Positions 36,844 through 51,612 of a stretch of DNA of 64,000 nt are shown here, one piece after another. Each line of letters opens with the position of its first letter. Within the stretch, counting starts at the first letter, position 1. The notes under the pieces are model-generated. The model did not search any database. It was not told the origin of the DNA and saw nothing but the letters and a program-made list of their open reading frames with translations. The position numbers were made by a program, and so were the translations under genes. The stretch covers positions 1,929,487 through 1,993,486 of the forward strand of contig JBNZDD010013687.1 in assembly GCA_050575255.1 (NCBI GenBank). Direction: 5' to 3'. The stretch comes from Harriotta raleighana (taxonomy: Eukaryota).

Positions 36844-39636
36844 GTAAGCAGTGATGCATCAATTTAGAAAACATTTTAATCTACAGTTTTCATTTCATAT
36901 GATTAACCCAATGTAAGTTCATTAATTGCAACAATTTACATTGGTTAGCAATAATAGATACAAAATATGTCTAACATACATCTCGAAATGTAGTGGTGTG
37001 ATGCTTTACATCAAAAGCAAATTCCTGTCTTTGTTTTGTTTGAGCTGTATTTCCTGTTTACTTTTCAGTAAAATGGAGTTGCATTTTTCTTAAAAATGTG
37101 CATGTATATAATGTGAACTCACATTTAACAACACCTGGGTTTCAAATCCATTTTTGAATGTACAGAGTGCATATTAAACACAAAGTTTCAGTAAATATTC
37201 AATTACCGAACATGCCAAGATTTCACTACCCACAAGTCCAAGAAAGCGATAGAAAGTGCCAACTAATAATCTAAATGATGTTAATAACAAGAAGAAAAAT
37301 CATCAGCCAATTGCGCAAGGTAATGTCCCATTTGATCCTATACAGATTGTCTATTCATAATTTCTGACTATGTTGTTTAAACAAAATCACAAGCAACAGC
37401 TAAGGACAATTGTAATAACAAATAGAAAAAGGTTGAGCAGGAAAATGATACAGTTCAAAAATAAATAACAAAAGAAAAATTAGACAGTTCAAAAAGACCT
37501 TAAAGCACCATGTTTATGTAATAGATTGCATCTTCTCCTCGGCCCCCAAAGAACCCGACTTTGGAGCAGGAAATATAAATTCTAATTCTCCACTCTGAAT
37601 TGCTCTATCAATAGAAGTACAGTAAATAGATGTATTAAAATGTTGCAGTTCCAAGAAAGAATTCATGTACTATGTTGGTGCTTCCAAATCAAAGAAGCAA
37701 AAGTGTTCTTGATCTGAGTGAAGAATGCTTAAAAAAAAGGATGCAGAGAAATATGCTGGGCAAAGTTCTTTGTGGAAAAGTAGGGTTTCATAATATCACC
37801 CAAGAGAGTTGCGCATTTTACACCAGAAGCCTTTATCAATTGCACGCAAACAAAAAGCCACTTTATATTGATAAGCGACCTTTCAGCTAATTAGGATGGA
37901 CTTACCCTTTAAAAGACTCGATCATTATTACCCCATCAACAATACTTTTCAAAGTCAATAAATCTCATACTAATGTAACTATGCAAAGCCACCTGAATTA
38001 AAGCTGCTTTCATTATTTCTTGAACATTGTCTGGAAATGCAACAATCTACAACTCTGGGAATCGAATAAATTGATTCCACTTAAAGTAACAATACACTGT
38101 AACAGGAAATAAATGTTTTACATCCAACAAGTATTGAAACTTTTTTAAAATTCATATATTTTTGGTTCAGATGTAGCAAAACAACAACAAAAGTACTTTT
38201 ATTTGGATCATGTTTCCAGTCATGTTCAAATATCACCATTGGGTCGATTATTCTACCAGATTATATTTTGGATATATTTTAGTAAACTGAATCTTCTGAA
38301 AAATTTTAAGTGCATATCCCAGGTTCAGCATGCTCTTTTACTAATGTGCAGCCCTGTTCAGTTGCATAAATAACTTCTGTTTGTACTTCATAAATTAGCT
38401 TGGTAGCTTTTGATAATTTGGTAAAACCAAACAAACTCTGGACAGAAACTGAATGTGCTTCTGTGTGTTTATGCAAAAGTTTAGTCACATAGGAGGGTGT
38501 TTAAAGCTGTAAAAATGTTTTTTAATTATTTGATAACGATCCACTTTAAGAGGTTATTGATCATTATTGCATTTTGGGACTAAGGGTGGATCTCGATTCT
38601 AAAGACCACAGTGCACCCAAGGTCCCAATCCTACATGCAGGTCAATGATATTTTTGTAATGATGTCTATGTTAAACATGTGTGGAAAGTGTTCATACCGT
38701 GAAGTAGATTACAAAGCCAGTAAACCACAATGATTGGATTTTTTTAATGCAGCAAACTCATCATAAGCACCTATTGAAAAGGACAATATTGAGTAGAATT
38801 GGGTAAGTTATACAAGTAATTGTCTTTAAAGGGCATGAATTCCAATCCCAGGTTTCAATAGTTGCAATTTCTCCTCAATTACTGAATTTCAGAATGTCTG
38901 GGCTGCCTCAATGAATAGACCTCTTATCGGTTATTGAGCAATACTGTTTTTGGAAAAAGGGGAAAGGCAAAGAAACATCAGGATCACTAATCTTTACAAA
39001 CTCTTCAGAGCAGCATCTCTTATCCGCTGATCGCAAAACAGAGTTGACATCGGCTCTGAAGAGTGATGGCTCAGAGTGTATCTGCTTCGCAGTTGATGGA
39101 GGAATGTGATGGCAAACGCTAACACTGGAAATGGAACACACACAAAATAACAAACGAAATAAAACAGACATCCTATGTATTTGAATAATGAAATTTGACT
39201 CTGACGCAGAATTTAACAGTACAAATCCAACGGAATAAAAATCATAGTTTAAAGCAACCACATTTCTAGGAATGTTTGTGGTTTCATACAAATAGGTTTT
39301 CCATTTTAATTAAAAGCACAAATCACAGTTTGTTTGTCATTCTGTACTTATTTCAGTATCTTCAAGTGTTTACCTTGACTTTCAGATTATCACCTGTGGC
39401 CTTCTCTCATTTGCTGCTCTGATAGATTTTTCAGACCCATGGGCTGTACATGTCTCTTTTCCTGACAATTTTGCACTTCTTTGATTGCTAGCATTTGGAC
39501 CACAATCATTGATTTGTGCAATTAACTCTTAGATTTAAGATGTTTATTGTTTAGTCTTAAATAACAAATTACAACAAGAAGAAACAAAAACAACTCTGGA
39601 AATTGATTGGTTTGGAGAAATTTAATGATAATGCTG

Positions 39637-40078
39637 TAGTAATATTCCTTGCATTTGATATAGTGCCTTATCACATCTTCCAGCCATCTCAAAGCGCTTC
39701 ACAGAATACCGTAAAGTGAATTGACTATATTTTGTGGGCGAAACGCGGCAGGCAACGACACAGCAGTGTCCCATAAATAGTTGTGGATTAAAATGATCAA
39801 TTTAATATTGTTTTTTTGAGGATTATTATTAGGCGTAAGAAACTTGCCAAAGGTTTCGCCCTGCCTGGAATTGAACCCAGGTCTCTCACCTGTAAGGTGA
39901 GTGCTTCAATCACTGACCTACAGGACTCCATAAACAGTTGTGGATTGAGCGACCATATTATTCTTAGTTTTTTTGAGTGATTATCCCCGGAAAAGTAATC
40001 GACAATTAACTAATAACCGGATTCCTATCTATAAACAAAGTTGTGTGGAGCAAGGAAACTTGCCCAACATTTCGCTCT
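39637..40078 (-). mobile_element. Full SINE (39637-39930) plus adjacent fragment of the longer variant
   Basis: Reverse tail ccttgcatttgatatag, reverse head ...caggactcca, then a second partial body ending ggaaacttgcccaacatttcgc. Confidence 0.85.
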
Positions 40079-40743
40079 GTTCCATTATATAGTTTCATTT
40101 GAAATGACCCTACTGAAAACAAAACTCCAAATGAATACCCTTATTACGAAATATTTTGCTAGTTTCCACTGATGTCTTTCACTGAATACAATTCAGTATT
40201 TTAATCTGCTGACAATCAATTATATAACTTGAACCATTTGATGCTTCTAAAGTATTTCAATGTGTGCCGAAGCTGTAAAAGTAGACAAGTGTGTCCAGAT
40301 GTTTAAACATACTTTTTTTTGATTTTGTGATTAAAAATAAATAAATTGTGATTATTTTAAAAGAATTCTTAGGGCATACTAGTGCACTTGTGGAGAGATG
40401 AAAATGATCAAAAAGTGTTATACAATCTTAAGTGGACTTGCAGCCTTGAATCACTTTAAACCCTTCATAATAAATAACTGTCACTCTCTTGTGAGAAACA
40501 AGTTAACTCACTCAAATTAATGAACCTTAATTTACAAATGCATGCCATGGAATATTTCAAACCATTCCTTATGAATGCAAAATCTGCTGCTCTGTTAGCT
40601 GTGATTGTTTGTAGCAAAATATCACGAATAAATAGACGTAACCTTTATAATTAATTAGGGTGTTGCCTTTATTGTTGTGATGCTGTTGACTGCAGAAGAT
40701 TTTGGCAGCCTTCCTCCTGTTTATGCCTTGCATAAATTGTGTC

Positions 40744-41136
40744 TAATAATTCTTGCATTTGATATAGCGCTTCTCACATCTTTTAGATGTCTCACAGCGC
40801 TTCACTGAATATACTGTATATTTGTGGAGACCTGTAGCTCAATGGTTAGAGCACTCGCCTTGTAAGCGAGAAACCTGAGTTCGATTCTGGGCAGAGCGAA
40901 ACCTTAGGCAAGTTTCCTTACTTCACATGTCTCATAATAATCCCTCAAAAAAGAAACAATAATAAATTTGTCATTTTCAATCCATGACTATTGATGGGAC
41001 ACCGCTGTGCGCACTTGGCTGCTGCGTTTCACCCACAAAATATATAGTCAATTCACTTTACAGTATATTCTGTAAAGCACTTTGAAAGGTCTACAAGACG
41101 TGAAAAGCACTATATCAAATGCAAGGATTATTATTA
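40744..41136. mobile_element. Inverted SINE tail (-, 40744-40827) joined to a full SINE (+, 40824-41136)
   Basis: aataattcttgcatttgatatagcgc... is the reverse complement of the tail at about 41035-41136. The two parts share gtgg at the junction. Confidence 0.88.
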
Positions 41137-42479
41137 TGTGAAATGCTTCAGAATAATTATTTTTAGCGCAAAGCAATGTTACACAAACAGTCGACGATTG
41201 AAATGACCAATTTTTTTGGAAAGTCTCTCGAGGTTCCCACAAGTTTAATCCTTGCAATTGAAACCAGACAGCCAAGTTCTAATGAAACTACCAAAAAATA
41301 ATAAATGGCTTTAAGTGAGAGCTACGAAGGAGAGAAGTGCACCTTGAGCATAAACTTAATGAGCATTAAATAGAGCTTTAACCTTTACAGTGTTTATGCA
41401 ATAATTTGCAACAAACAGCTAAATGTTAATTGCCTTGGCCAGATCCACAGCATTTTAAGAAATTATGACTTCTTTTTCTAAGATGCCAATTAGCTACTGC
41501 TATGCTTTGCCTAGCATGAGCACTACATCTAATTTCTGTTCATTTTACTCTTGGGTTCTTGCTACTTTAGCTTCACTGGTCATTGTCATTTCCAGAGGTC
41601 TTTTTATAGCCTGTGTGAAGTATGCACAACGAATTCAGAAGACATAGTTGGCTTTTATCTGCTGTGTGGTATGTTTGATTTCCCTGGAGTCCAGATTAGA
41701 CAAAAGTTTTGTATTCATTTGAAGAAATTGTAAGGAGAATACTTAGCAGAGGTCAAATGCAGATGGCAGAATCTAGCAGATTGAATAATTTCTCTCCTCC
41801 CCCCCACCACCACCCCACCTAATACTGCTGTGAACTAAAGGTGGTGATGTGGTTTTCCTTAAAGAAATATTGTAAATGTGATAAATCAGCATTTTTTGTG
41901 TCTGTTGGGTATCTCTTACGTGTGGAAACCCATTACTATGCTTAAGACTATCCCACCAGACTGAGGGTTTCATATATGAAAATTTTCCTGAGCTAGGAAT
42001 GGAGTGTTCACTCTCTCCCTATACTCTGCTTACCTAATTGTGGAAAATATTAGGCATTGGTTGGCGAGAACCCAGGCTTAGCAAGAACCCAGGCTTAGCG
42101 ACTCCAGAATGTGTGTTGGCCTACTCCTGGAATCTAACCAGCTAAAACCACTCCACCTATAAGGGCTTTAGCTTGCAAAGTTATTAACAAGAGAAGAATT
42201 GGAAAAATCCTGCTGATGAGCCAGACTGGCTGGTCTTTTATAAGCAGGAACTTGAATTTCTGAAAAATCTGCCTGGTTTTGATATTGACACAGTTCACAG
42301 AGAGTGGACTTAATTCCAACATTTTGTGTCAATCATGTCATTTTGGAGCCAGCTCAGCCCCAATAGACTCTGTTTACATCTCACTTCCTGAAGGAAGATA
42401 GTCTTGAGTTTGTCATTTGACATCTGTCATGCATCAGTAGAAGGCAGGCACTAGGAATTCCTTGTGAGCTTCTTTGTGG

Positions 42480-42878
42480 TGCCGTAGTCACCTCAAGGCT
42501 CGACTACGGCAATTTTCTCCTAGTTGGGCACCCCAACCCTTCCCTCCACAAGCTGCAGATCATCCAAAATTCTGCAGCTGGTGTCCTCTACCGCACCAGG
42601 CTCTGCGAGCCCCATCAGCCCCACCCTCGCCCAGCTCCACAAACTCCCCATTCCTCAGAGGATCCTTGTCCTCACTTTCAAGGCCCTCCATGGCCTTGCT
42701 CCCTTCTACCTCTCTGTCCTCCTGATGCCCTATTGACTTTATCTGTTCCATTCAGCAGGCCTCCGTCCTGCTCCAACCCCCCCCACCCCCATGTTCGGGT
42801 CCTGACGACTTGACTATTCAGCACCTTGGGACGTCCTCCCGATGTGAAATATGCTCCACAAATGTTATTTTGTTGTTT
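42480..42878 (+). mobile_element. L2 3' fragment
   Basis: RLDYGN.LL, HKLQIIQNSAA and ILVLTFKALHGLAPFYLS motifs, then an L2 tail. Confidence 0.85.
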
Positions 42879-45800
42879 GTGGACAGGTTCACTCAGCATG
42901 AGTGACATGAGTATTCTGGAAACATGAGATCCAATCAGTCTTCAGATCTGATCTAACCTTGTGACATGAGACCATTATCACAATCCTCTTACCCACAAAT
43001 CGCACATACATTCCTATTCATTTGGAAAAGCAATTCTTCAGCAGGAGTTTCATACCTCTCTGCATAACAATAAAGGGGCCTGGATACATGAGCGTTAAAT
43101 AATATTAGGAAAACTGAACCAATGTTATCACTGTTTACACTGTTCAATTACAGGAAAGAAAGGACTTCCACCAGAATATGGCTCTGCTTGTTACACTTAT
43201 AGTCATTTAATTTAGATCTACCTGACAAATAGGTTGTTTGCTGCATTAAGCATTTTCTTGGGTATTTAATGAAAAAAAACATTCGATTGAGGTGTTGGTT
43301 CCTTTTCAGCACAAAGAGATGGGCTTCTAAATGACCAGCAATTCAAAAGTTTCACGAAAACATGTATGAATTATCTGTGATCGTAGCAGTGTGGAATTGT
43401 GTCTGATGATTCGGTTGCTGGTAGGCCTTTTTTGCTGCTTGATATTGCTACAGTTGTCCTCAAACTGTTAAATGGAATTGGAGATGAAGTAAAATTGAGG
43501 AACAGATCTACAAGTAAGAAGTTAAATCTTTCAAGAATGTTCTAAAAAATAGTTAAAGCTAAAGAACAAATCAGATCACAGGATATAAGGGTGAATATAA
43601 TGGGGCTAGTAACATAAAGGGTTAATATTCATATATTCACAGATGCTTATAAAACTAATCGACCTTATTCACAACCTAGGTATTGTAATTAAGGAGCTAC
43701 TTAACACCATCTCTGCATGATAGTGTAACCAAATCCCTTTTGTTTATGTTCTAAATAGTGCACACAAGATGCGAAAAATTAAAACACTTTTGCATGTTGA
43801 ATGCCTTTAATTGGGGTGGCATTGAAACTTTTGGGGAAAAAACACAATGTAAAATGATTATGATTTATTATTGAAAGCATCTATGCATCAATTTAGAAAT
43901 GGGCAATTATTTTAGAATAACAATATAAGAATGATCTGCATCTATGTATGTAGATAATTGATTATTGTTGAAGCTCCTAATAGAATTCTGAATCATGCTA
44001 CACTGCAGTGTAGCTGATGCAGTACTCCATTTCCCTTTACTGAATGAGTTGGAAATATTCTTGTGACAACCTGAAGTTTATATGTAAACCATTTATTTAG
44101 TTCTGCAGTGAAGCATCAAAGAGGAGGAAGCAGGCTTGCTGTTGCTTAAACAGCCGTCTTTTGCTGTGCTGAGAAGCTGCTTCACTGTATGATTAGAAAT
44201 TCCTGCTGCGTAGGAAATGTGGGGGAAACTCACATAGTTTGTCTACATATGTTCCCTGCTGCTAATAGGCTTTAACCTGTTTCCTGATTATTGCATTTAC
44301 CATGCAAATATCACCGTTCTGAGATTAGACCTATATCCATGAGAGAACATGAAAGAAAGAGTTTCATGTATCATGATTTAAAAATTAAAAACTATCATCA
44401 AGGGAGATTAAAAGAGATAATGAGCAAGGAGCCGGCTTTTCAATATGGTGGCAGGGACTCTAGGGGTTCTCAGTCCAGATGCTTAGCTAAAAATGTTTTG
44501 GCAGAGTAAAAATAATAAGAGCTATGTGGAACACATCCAAAAGTCGGTACTATAAATGGGGTAACGCAAGTTTCAGAACAATTGGTGCAAAACTAGATGC
44601 TGAATTCTCAAAAAAGCCAACTATTCTGATATATTACATGTTTATTATTTTACTGTGTGAGATTTATGAGTAGGGCAAAATAATCTTCTTGCCACATTTC
44701 TAAAGGTACTTGATCTTTGTGACTGTGGCAGAATCTCTGGGCAAAGCCAAAATATTTTATTAAACACCTCCAGAGGCTTATTTTCTTCATGTGATTTCAT
44801 AATTGTACAAGCTGATATCAGTATACATTTTATTAATGACTTTATGAACTCCTTTTTCTGCTATTCTTTTCAGGCATTTGTTTCATAAAAGATGCTTCAT
44901 ATCGTTCAGAACATTTAGCCTCTGTTTGTCTTTCTAATTTAATTTTAATTACATGATCAGGCTAACTGTATTTGGAGAGCAGGATTCTTTAGCGTGATGT
45001 GGGCTGTTATTGGATTTAATGGTCATCTGTGGTGCTTACTGAAGCAAATATGCATTGTAGATTCATTTGTAATCTTTATCCTTCCTTTTTGCCCTGCGAG
45101 CCAATGCTACTCTTACAGGGTGGAATGAGGGTTTCGAAGGAATGTAAAACTAATCGAAATATTCAAGGCACATAGCAGACTCAAGCTAGATCTTTTCTTC
45201 TCTGTCTTAACGCAGTACATATATGCCACTCAGCAAAGCTTTCTGCTTAATACCTTGTCGGATAAAGAACATTGTGATGAAGGCCTTCAGCAGATTGAGG
45301 TGTGGCCTCATACTGACCCTGCAACATGAATCAGTCCAGATCATCTTTGATAAATGGTGCTGTGTCAAGATAGATCTGATGGTGACCTCCCAGAACAAAT
45401 GCTTGCCAAGATTCTGTTGCAGGACCTTGATGGTCTGTCAGTTTCCTAGAAAGACATTTTTTATGGCATGCCTTCTGTTTTCTCTCAACCAGAAGATATG
45501 TCAGTAAACCATTTCAGTCGTCCAGAAGTTGAGTTGTGCTCTGGGAGGATCTGCACCAGACCAGTCTAAAGATGATGTAGGATGAACATATTCACACTAC
45601 AACTTGAAAGGAACTTGATAGCAACCGCGGAAAGAATTGAGCCAGAAATGCCTGTTCAGAAAAATAAACTTAGTTGGGGACATGTTTAAAATTTATGATG
45701 AAAAGAATAATATTATTTAAAAAGAGTTGTTCATTGGCTTTACTTTTCTTCCTCCATTTAGTGCGTTTTGCTTTAAAAGAAAAAGTCAGGTTGGCTCATA

Positions 45801-46559
45801 AGTTGACCTGAAGACAGCTGACATTCTAACAGCAGGAAAGATAGATTAATGGCTTTCTTTTCATCAGAATGAGAATAAGAGCAGAAGAGCAAGTAAAGAA
45901 GTGGTGTTGTTTGTTCTTTAGATAGATTTATTGGCTAGATTCAGTTGGTTTGCTATTAGAGAGATTGTTTAGGTTCAAGGGACCTCAGAAAAAGAGACCG
46001 AGTTTAACCTGCCAGGGGAGTTGATAAAAGGAGTAGAACGAGACAATTACTGGCTGAAGACTAATGCTCAGGATACCTTTGAAATTTATAAAATATTAAC
46101 CAGAAAAATGTGGTATTCTTTGAGTTGGAAGCATTTGCTGTTTGTGTTCTTTTGAAATTGGTATAAAGTACAGTGTCAAATCACTTAGGTTCTTTTCAAA
46201 TAAACTCTGCAACTGTACCTGTGGACTTCAGCCAAATACAGTATCAATCTGAGTTGATGTTGATTTCTTTTCACTTGCATGACTTTGACTTTGGAAAAAT
46301 AGTGCAAAAGGTTCAATGCATTTCTAGCCCAGAGTAGTTGTGTGTCTTCATCAGATGGGGACTGTGGAGTTCTCTAATCAATATATCAACTGACATCTTT
46401 TTACTGCTTTGGGTGAAGTCTGTCTTTGTGGGATGAATAATCTATTATGACTGCACTTGAAAGATAGACAGATCAATAATCCAGTTTTGGGAGTTAAACT
46501 CAAAAAGCTTGAGAGGGCAATGTGGAAGAGAGGCGGGAAGAGAAGTGTGAATGAAGCTT

Positions 46560-47240
46560 GCTTGGATAAGAATGCCTACAAATACTTGTACGGCTGTTGT
46601 CCTCACTCTAAAGCAGATACTTGGGATGGTCCTATCACCATTAAGGAAACATTTGATAAGTCTTACAAAAGACAATAAATATTTAAGTGCAATCCAAACA
46701 AGTTGAAATAACTGCCTTAACTGAGGTATTTCATTTTTTTCTGTGTAAGAGTCAACAGAGGATGGATATAATGGGGCATTTCCCCCTTCCATTTCTCCCC
46801 TCCCTCCACACTGCAAAATTATATAGTTGATGACCATGAATTCAGGAGAATTACTTGTGCTCCAGAAGACTTTGAAAGAAATACCAGCAGGTTATTGTCA
46901 GAAAATTGGTCCTTGTCTAGAGCTCCGTTCACCCGAAGAAGGACATAGGCCCATTTTGCCTACTCGAAATGAGGTGCTTTAAAAACCGATCCAAGATACA
47001 AATAAAGTATTTAGGAATTGTACTTTTTAGATAGGTACGTAAGAAGGTCTCAGGAAGGTGCTGTATGTTCAACCAACAGATAATGCCAATATTGAGAGGT
47101 TTCGGAAGGATCAGCGCAGATGTTTATTGAGTTTGCTCCTGTGCTTTGATGATAGATGCAGACATTGTGCACCATTGTGACATTGTGTGTGCCAGTATTG
47201 CAGAGGAACAATGGAAGGCTTTCCTTTAACCTTCTCTTCC
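46560..47240 (+). mobile_element. Highly decayed Ty3/Gypsy-like reverse transcriptase remnant
   Basis: Collinear degenerate RT-like motifs across frames: TWDGPITIKETFDKSY (like W.SPIV.V.K.DGS), HEFRRITCAPEDFER (like YEF.RMPFG..AP..FQR), SPEEGH, QIKYLGI and EEQWKAF. The YxDD motif is not seen. Confidence 0.5.
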
Positions 47241-47557
47241 TGGTTGATCCTGAAACCTCTGGCAACGACAACGAAAGTTGAGCCTTTCCTGTTGATGATA
47301 TCCTACTCTTGTTTTTAAAGGTCAAGTATATCAATTTGGAAAAGTGGAAGCTATCCAGCACTCTCTCTCACGTTCTCTTTTCTTTCTATCTCTCTTATTC
47401 CTCTGTATATTTCTGATGTTGTAGTTTGTACCAACTGCATTTTACTTTTTCTAGTAAAGGATTTTCAGTTCATGGAAGCTTCCCCCCCCCCACCCCAACC
47501 CCACCACACACATACACCTAAGTATTTAGAATATATCGTCTCATTCATCAGGTGGCT

Positions 47558-47727
47558 TATAATAATAATCTTTGCATTTTTAATATTTCACTTTTCATGT
47601 CTTCTCGACATCTCAAAGCACTTCACAGAATATTTTATTAAAGCTTAGTGACGTTATATTTGTGGCCGAAACACGGCAGCCAATTGCGCACAGCAGTGTC
47701 CCACAAATAGTCGTGGATTGAGTGATC
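47558..47727 (-). mobile_element. 5'-truncated SINE
   Basis: taataataatctttgcattt...ggcagccaattgcgcacagcagtgtcccacaa. Confidence 0.85.
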
Positions 47728-50700
47728 AAATCATAGTAAATAAAGATAAAACATAATACACCGAATATCAGGAAAATCGCAAGTTGATTACTTATCTACA
47801 CTGAATTAACCAATGTCAGCCATGACTGCAGTGGAGGTACAAAAAATTAACTTCAACATCCCTGGGCGAAAGTGTGGGCAATTCAGCTGAGTTTTCTACT
47901 TTTGATTGCTGTCCACTGAGCTGATTTAAACTTGGAAGTACTGTACATGGATTTAATGTGTAAATAGGCTTGGGTATGAGACTTTCTGTAGCTGAATAGT
48001 CTGGTGGCACTCATTGTCTTGTCTCACACAGGACGATATCTCTTGGACATGATACTGGAGGGCTGTTCTAATGTATCTGTACCCCAGCATGAGATACCAC
48101 TTTCAGGAGAGGAGAAAGAACATGCAATCCACAATTACTGTATTGTGATCCACCAGCAATTTTAAAATACATTAGTGTTTGTTTTCAAGTAGCTGTGGAG
48201 TCGAAAGCAAACAAAAATAGGTTACACAAAACAATAGGGATGGAAGTTAGGAAGCAAACATTATGGAACAAACCTTTTTGTAGTCAAACAGCTACTGATT
48301 TCTGTGGCCATGGACCTTAGGCTGGGAACAAATTGAACAGAGCCTAATGCTTCCATATGGCCTCTGGTATGATCATATCATTTTGCCCTCAGCACTGACA
48401 GTTATGAAATTCACAAGCTCAACTTTTCAAAGATATATAATATCCTGTGGATTTTCATCACCAAAGGCTTTTTGTAGAATCCAGTCAGTTTAAAACTTTA
48501 GAATCACAAAGCAGAATATTGTTGGACTCCTGTTCTATTTACAACTGATGACCAACATTACGTTTTTCCCTTAAGCAACCAGCTGTCATGCAACTTCTAT
48601 TTTCTTATTGTCATGCTCAATAACACAGGGGTTTCATCTATCCATCCTTATAAAAGTATGTTTTTGTTGCTGATTATTAAAATGAGCCATCTGCGGGCAA
48701 TTATTAGTGATGTGAGGCTGCGCTCTCTGGCAACAATGTGAAATCACTAGGTTGTTGGAACAATAGCACTTGAGATTTGCAGACAGCCAGCTATAAAAGA
48801 GGTACTGGATAGCAAAATGTATTATTTCATGAACCAAATGAGACGTGTACTCATCAGGCTCGCCAGATAAGTAGTGAAAGTAAATTTTGCAGTATTCCTG
48901 CAAGATTCATACTGTAGTAGTTTACATTTAATAATATTCATAAGATCCAATATTTGAAATTGAGCAGTTTTAACATGTTCCATAGTATCTTTGTAATATC
49001 AATATTGTTAAAATTATCTTCAATGGGACAGGGGAAAAATTTGGCCCAAATCCTCCAAACGCTATGCTTTACAACGTTAGGAAAACTATATTAATTGGCT
49101 AAGATCTCATCCCATTTGAATCTTTTCCCACTGAATCAGCACTTTGTATCATTCAGTGATTATAGTCAAACACATCTTTTTGTTTCTGCATTCCACTATT
49201 GTTCCTTAATGGGCCAGGCTGACCGGAAACTTACCATTGAGCTGTCCTGGCAAGATCAAGTGAGCTTCGGAGTCCAATCTGTTCTACATGCCAGTTCAAG
49301 CTTTTAAGAAAGTTCATGGGAACATAGGAATATACAGGACCTGAAAAGATCTTGAGGTACTTAAATCAAAGTTGAAAAGAATTTAAATATACCAGCTCTC
49401 TATCAGTTATCAGTTGAATTATTTGCTAAATCTAATTCCCTCTAGTATTTTGGACACAATTGACATCCATTTGTGTGAGAAAGAAAGAAGAGATACCTTC
49501 CAGCATGCTATCATTTTGTTCCTTGCCTCCTGTTGGCTGGTAATAGAATGACTGAGCAGAGAAGCTTGTAGATTGAGAGTACAGTACAACACTCTCCTTA
49601 AATGTGAATGTGTATTACATTGTAACCTGGATAGGAGACGAAAATGAAAAGAAATGATCATAAGATTGGAATGGGCTAGAATGTATAAAAAATCAGAGTG
49701 AAGCAATTATTGAGCTTTATTCCCAAATGTCTAAAAATTGGACATTTTAAAGAATCAGTGTGAAAACAGCATTATATAAATTTTTGTTAAACATTTTTTG
49801 TTACACATGCTTTTTGTCCCAGAAATGTACGTGAGAAAACTGCAAGTTTAATTTATTTCCATATTTTACGGCAATGTATTTTTAGAAGATACTTATTTAT
49901 GGCCCAACACCCAACAGTCTGTTAAGTGCAAGGGAATTGACATTAAAACCTGTGACAAGTTGAGTGAAAAACAGAAAAGTTTACTGCCGATGAATGAATG
50001 GGTTGACCTGGAAGTGGTGCAAGATCTTTCAAGCTGCACCTCAGCACCTTGGGCCAACAAAATGGCCTTTAAGCCTGAGTGAGCATAGCTTTTTCCAGCA
50101 CAGAGCTCTAATTTTCATCTTTTCAAACTGTTTTCCAGCACTTGGAGTGGAATTAGTATTGACAAGGATAGAATTTGTCTCCTGAAGGAGAATACCCTGT
50201 CTCTGTAAGTGCTAATGCAACATTTATCTGTTGGTAACTTTACACTGCTGCCCTGCCATACCTAATATACGAAAAGCAAACTGCATTCTGTGAAATGTTA
50301 TTGTGTGTGAAGTGCTAGCAATTTGAGGAAATTCATTCCTATTTTTGCCATAGCTCATACAAGTGTGATTATTGCTATTGATATACAATTAGTCTGTGCT
50401 AAAGCTTAATCCACAAGTGAGAGTGATTTTCATTTTAACAGCACACCACAATCAAGTAGCAATGCGTTTCACAGTGGAAAGATGCTATAGGCATTCTTTA
50501 CAGTAATTGAGCAACTAAGTTATGAAACGGTGTACATATAACCTATTATTATACACCACTCACAAAGTGCAAGTGGGTGAAAATTGATCCTGTGTATTGA
50601 AAGAGGAGTAAGTGTTGTGTCCTTCCATATGTGTGTGCAGTTATTTTTCTTCTCTGACTAATTTACTTATTTATTTCCCATTGAAATCCAAAACCAAGCA

Positions 50701-51612
50701 CAGCAAGTAGGGAAAATGATTCCTACCTAATGCAGGTTCCATTTTTTTTAGAGTTACACATAGATTCTTTACTGTTATGTCACTAGGATTAACATTTGCT
50801 TTCTAAATCGTAACTGTTATGTTAAAGGTTTTATGAGACTAGATTGTAACTGTAATTTTTTGCGATGAGGATTTACTTGAAATTTCATGCTGTGCAATGT
50901 AAAATACTGTACTTGTGGGTCCATGACATCTGAGAGGTGTAATAATCTTTCATCCTATAATATATAATATTAATGTGATGTGTTGATTGTTTTCCTAATT
51001 ATCAAACATAATTTCAAAATAACGATCAAGGAATGATGTGTTCTGTTCATGAAAAGTAAACCATGGAAAGGGACGTGCTTTTTTTTCTTGGATCCTGAAG
51101 AAGTATTGGCTACAGGACAACCACAACAAGCAAATGTTAGCATTTGATTCAAAATTGGCTGCATTTTCTATTTTATGATTTCATATAGATATTAGGGGGG
51201 TATCAAAATAAGGTCATGATCAAATCCTCAACTGCTTTGAATATATAAGTGCAAGATGTTGTTATTGTAACATTTTCAATAAGAAATTAAGCTTTTCTCT
51301 TCCGTGTTTAACTGTAGGTTAATCTTTTCTTAAAAATGACCTGAGCAAGAACTTTGAACAATAGTGGAAATCCAGGGACCCAGTGGTAAATTGAAGATCT
51401 ATTTGATAATGCTAACCTGGATTCTTTTGTTTGGATTAAGGTGGAAAATGCCCTCAGCAGTTGACTGTTCTGTAATTAATTTAAAAAGATCTCTTCATTG
51501 TTGTATAGTTTTGTAGTACATATCCTCCTTTTGCTTTTCTTTGTGTATCCTTGTACTAACACACAGCATCAATGTGCAAAGATTTCAAGTCTCAGAAAGG
51601 GTTCTGCTGGTA

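Noticed and set aside
42068-42099. agaacccaggcttagc present twice
   Set aside because: A simple 17-bp slippage duplication with no further structure.
46457-46678. WDGP motif read as an integrase GPF/Y module upstream of RT (Gmr1-like domain order)
   Set aside because: Its distance of about 70 codons to the HEFRR..AP motif fits the N-terminal W.SP motif of RT itself, so no unusual domain order is needed.
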